A stretch of DNA of 64,000 nt, taken from positions 136,190 through 200,189 of the forward strand of contig CAMYNM010000001.1 of assembly GCA_947259725.1 (NCBI GenBank). Reading direction: 5' to 3'. This DNA comes from Thermoanaerobaculia bacterium. GTDB taxonomy: Bacteria > Acidobacteriota > Thermoanaerobaculia > Multivoradales > JAHEKO01. The notes beneath the pieces are model-generated. The model worked only from the letters and a program-made list of their open reading frames with translations, was not told where the DNA came from and ran no database searches. A program made the translations under genes and the position numbers. Of the stretch, positions 61,422 to 64,000 are shown one piece after another. Numbering within the stretch: position 1 is the first letter of the stretch; every line of letters begins with the position of its first letter.

Positions 61422-62846
61422 ATGCCTAGAATCCGAATCACTCTCGCTTTCCTCGCCGCCACTCTGTCCAGTCTTCCGGTTCTGGCTTTTTCCGAGAGCC
61501 GCGTCGAGTCCTTCATCATCAGCGACGGCAAACACCCGGCCGCGTATCAGCACGCGTTCGTCGTGCCCCAGGACAGCGCAGGTGACGTGTACGCCTGCAT
61601 GGGATACGGCACCGACGGCAAGAACGCCGATACCGGCTCCTTCCGAGGAACGGTGCGGATCAGCCGGCTCGATCCCGATACCGGCGAGGTCGCCGTCCAG
61701 AAGCTGCGCAAGCGCGGGAGCCTGAGCAAGAACAAGTGGCTTCGCTGCGTCCATGCCGGACCGGTTCGGCAGGGCGACACGGTGGTGTGGGAGTATCAAT
61801 TCCTGGGATTCCCCCGTCCGCGTGGTGCCGCGATTCACATTCGCAGCAGTATCGGCACGGATCGGATGCTGATCAGCAAGATCCGCGGCCCCGAGGCCAC
61901 AGGAAGTCTCGGCGAACCGACCGAGGTCCATCATCGAGTCCGGACCAATGCGACCGGAGCCGGCAAGCACCCGAAGACCTGGCAGCAGGCCTTTGTCGTG
62001 GCGGCCACCCACGTCGCGGAACGGGTCGAGCTCTGCTTCGGATACGGCAACGACTTCAAAAAGGACGGCACGGGTTCCTTCCGGGCCACGGCCGAGATCA
62101 CTCGCACCGATCCCGACACCGGAGAGGTCACGGTCCAGAGAATCAAAGGCGAAGATGACCTGACCGAGAACAAAGCCAAGAGTTGCCGCGATATCGACCG
62201 GGTGCGCCTCGGGGACACGTTGGTCGTCGACTGGGAGTTTTTCGGCTTCCCGAGGATCCGGGACGACATCTGGCAGACCAAGATCGGAATCGGGCCGCGG
62301 GTGATGGCGAATCGAGAGATCTACGGACCGGCGCCCCCTCCACCCGCACCGCCGGCACCTGGACCGGGAGGCGGCCCGGGTCCGGACGATGATCCGTTCC
62401 CCAACCCCGGTGGCAACATCTCGGCAGCGGATCAGATCGCGGTGTCCTCACTGATGTACAAATCCGTGAGAACCCAGCTCTGGCGGTTCAAGGGCAATCA
62501 GCCGGAACGCTGGACGGTCATCGGGCCAAAGACCCAGCTCGGCACGGGTCTCGGTGGCGTCAACCCGAACACGACCGGCTACGGCGCCACGATTGCGGCC
62601 GCCGTTGCGGACTACGAACGGAAGATGGGCAAACTGCCCGCGGGCAGCGGCATCAGCGCGAGCGACGTCTCGTCCCTGGAGTGGTACCAGAAGATGAACA
62701 CCGCGGGCGGTCCCACCTCGATCCGGCGGGACGGTGGCGGCGGCTTCCACGGCGAGTACTACCGGCCTGGCCCGGGCTCGGTCGTGATTGGAGGCTTCGG
62801 CGGAATCACCGCTGTGGTCAACTGGTTCAAGTCGCAGGGACTCTAG
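61422..62846 (+). CDS. Secreted protein of unknown function with internal domain duplications
   Basis: GGAGG RBS; signal peptide; two repeats of about 135 aa, a Pro/Gly linker, two shorter repeats. Confidence 0.8.
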   Translation: MPRIRITLAFLAATLSSLPVLAFSESRVESFIISDGKHPAAYQHAFVVPQDSAGDVYACMGYGTDGKNADTGSFRGTVRISRLDPDTGEVAVQKLRKRGSLSKNKWLRCVHAGPVRQGDTVVWEYQFLGFPRPRGAAIHIRSSIGTDRMLISKIRGPEATGSLGEPTEVHHRVRTNATGAGKHPKTWQQAFVVAATHVAERVELCFGYGNDFKKDGTGSFRATAEITRTDPDTGEVTVQRIKGEDDLTENKAKSCRDIDRVRLGDTLVVDWEFFGFPRIRDDIWQTKIGIGPRVMANREIYGPAPPPPAPPAPGPGGGPGPDDDPFPNPGGNISAADQIAVSSLMYKSVRTQLWRFKGNQPERWTVIGPKTQLGTGLGGVNPNTTGYGATIAAAVADYERKMGKLPAGSGISASDVSSLEWYQKMNTAGGPTSIRRDGGGGFHGEYYRPGPGSVVIGGFGGITAVVNWFKSQGL

Positions 62847-62877
62847 GTCCGCGGCTCGCGCGATCAGCGATCTCAGA

Positions 62878-62913
62878 GCCGGAGCGGTCCTTGTGACCGC
62901 TCCGGCCTTTTTC
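62878..62913 (+). terminator. Rho-independent terminator
   Basis: 12-bp stem GCCGGAGCGGTC/GACCGCTCCGGC, 5-nt loop, then CTTTTTCTT. Confidence 0.85.
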
Positions 62914-63017
62914 TTGCCCTCGGTAAGAGCCGGGAGGTTTCGAAGTCCAGGTCCGAAAACGGCCAGACTCGGGCGCGCCCGGCGTGTAGGCTCGTGCAGC
63001 CAACCGAAGGAATGGAG

Positions 63018-64000
63018 ATGCGACTCGACCCAGGAATCTGCGAACGCGCCCGGCTCTCGCGTGATGCCCGCTTCGACGGCCGGTTCTTTGTCGGCGTGGT
63101 GACGACCGGGATTTTCTGCCGCCCGATCTGCCCGGCCTCACCTCCACGAGCCGCCAACGTGCGCTACTTCCCCTCCGCGGCGGCGGCGACGCGCGCCGGG
63201 CTGCGCCCGTGTCTGCGCTGCCGGCCGGAGGCGGCGCCGGGCACCCCCGCCTGGGCCGGAACCTCGGCCACCGTCGCCCGAGCCCTCCGGCAGCTCGAGA
63301 GCGGCGCTCTCGAGGACGGCGGCGTCGCCGAGCTGGCCCGCAGGGTCGGGGTCGGTCCGCGTCATCTCAATCGGCTGTTTCACAAGCACCTCGGCGCGTC
63401 TCCGATCGCGGTCGCCCAGACTCGACGCCTCCTGTTCGCCAAGAAGCTCCTCGACGAGACCGGCCTGAAGATCGCCGACGTCGCGCTGTCCTCGGGCTTC
63501 GGCAGCGTTCGGCGCTTCAACGATGTCGTCAAGAGCACCTACGACCGGACTCCCAGCGAACTGCGCCGGGCGCGCCGGCCACGCGAACGGCCCGGAACGG
63601 GGGCCCTGACCCTGTTGCTCCCCTACCGGCGCCCATTCGACTGGAGCTCTCTTCTCGCCTTCCTGGGTCCGAGGGCGATTCCGGGGATCGAGGAGGTCCG
63701 CTCCGGAACCTACCGACGCAACATAGCCCTCAGCGACGCCCATGGCCGACTCGAGATTCGGCATGAGCCTCGGCGCAGCGCTCTCTCGATGACCGTCGAG
63801 TTCCCGGACACGACGGCACTTCTCGAGATCACCGCACGGGTCCGCCGCTTGTTCGATCTCGAAGCCGACCCTGCCGAGATTGGCCGCCGGCTGGCGGCGA
63901 GCAGCCTGCTGCAAGAGTTGGTTCGCAACAGGCCCGGACTGCGCGTTCCGGGAGCCTGGGACGGGTTCGAGCTGGCTGTGCGAGCGATTCTGGGCCAGCA
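63018..64000 (+). CDS. alkA: Ada Zn-binding + AraC HTH + AlkA DNA-3-methyladenine glycosylase fusion (truncated by window end)
   Basis: Read directly from DNA: MRLDPGICERARLSRDARFDGRFFVGVVTTGIFCRPICP...RPCLRCRPE; GFGSVRRFN; GLRVPGAWDGFELAVRAILGQ. Absent from the ORF track because it has no stop in the window. Confidence 0.92.
   Translation, partial: MRLDPGICERARLSRDARFDGRFFVGVVTTGIFCRPICPASPPRAANVRYFPSAAAATRAGLRPCLRCRPEAAPGTPAWAGTSATVARALRQLESGALEDGGVAELARRVGVGPRHLNRLFHKHLGASPIAVAQTRRLLFAKKLLDETGLKIADVALSSGFGSVRRFNDVVKSTYDRTPSELRRARRPRERPGTGALTLLLPYRRPFDWSSLLAFLGPRAIPGIEEVRSGTYRRNIALSDAHGRLEIRHEPRRSALSMTVEFPDTTALLEITARVRRLFDLEADPAEIGRRLAASSLLQELVRNRPGLRVPGAWDGFELAVRAILGQ

Overview
High-GC bacterial chromosomal window. 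Gene content and order (yicC-gmk-rpoZ, msbA-lpxB, ihfB-rpsA, cmk-rluB-scpBA-trpS, recG, rnpB, uvrBC, Hanks kinases with TolB/TPR) suggest Acidobacteriota, by inference. From about 19 kb to 64 kb it is mostly housekeeping and rich in DNA-repair genes (radC, family-4 UDG, MutS-like, YcaQ, recG, uvrB, uvrC, ada/alkA). The first 19 kb is accessory. It holds a CTAG-bounded 168-bp hairpin element, a Macro-like + nucleoside-deoxyribosyltransferase(NDT/TIR-like) fusion, a decayed radical SAM gene, and an S8 protease with a structured 5' leader. It also holds a cluster of unusual hydrolases: a multi-TM patatin, a stand-alone ComEC-like metallo-beta-lactamase and a tandem double alpha/beta-hydrolase with a membrane anchor. 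The best candidates for an undescribed system are that hydrolase cluster and the Macro-NDT fusion, both possibly defence or conflict related. An orphan secreted A-A-linker-B-B repeat protein lies near 61.4-62.8 kb. No CRISPR array, tRNA, rRNA, integrase or transposase was seen. All calls come from reading motifs by eye; no database searches were run.
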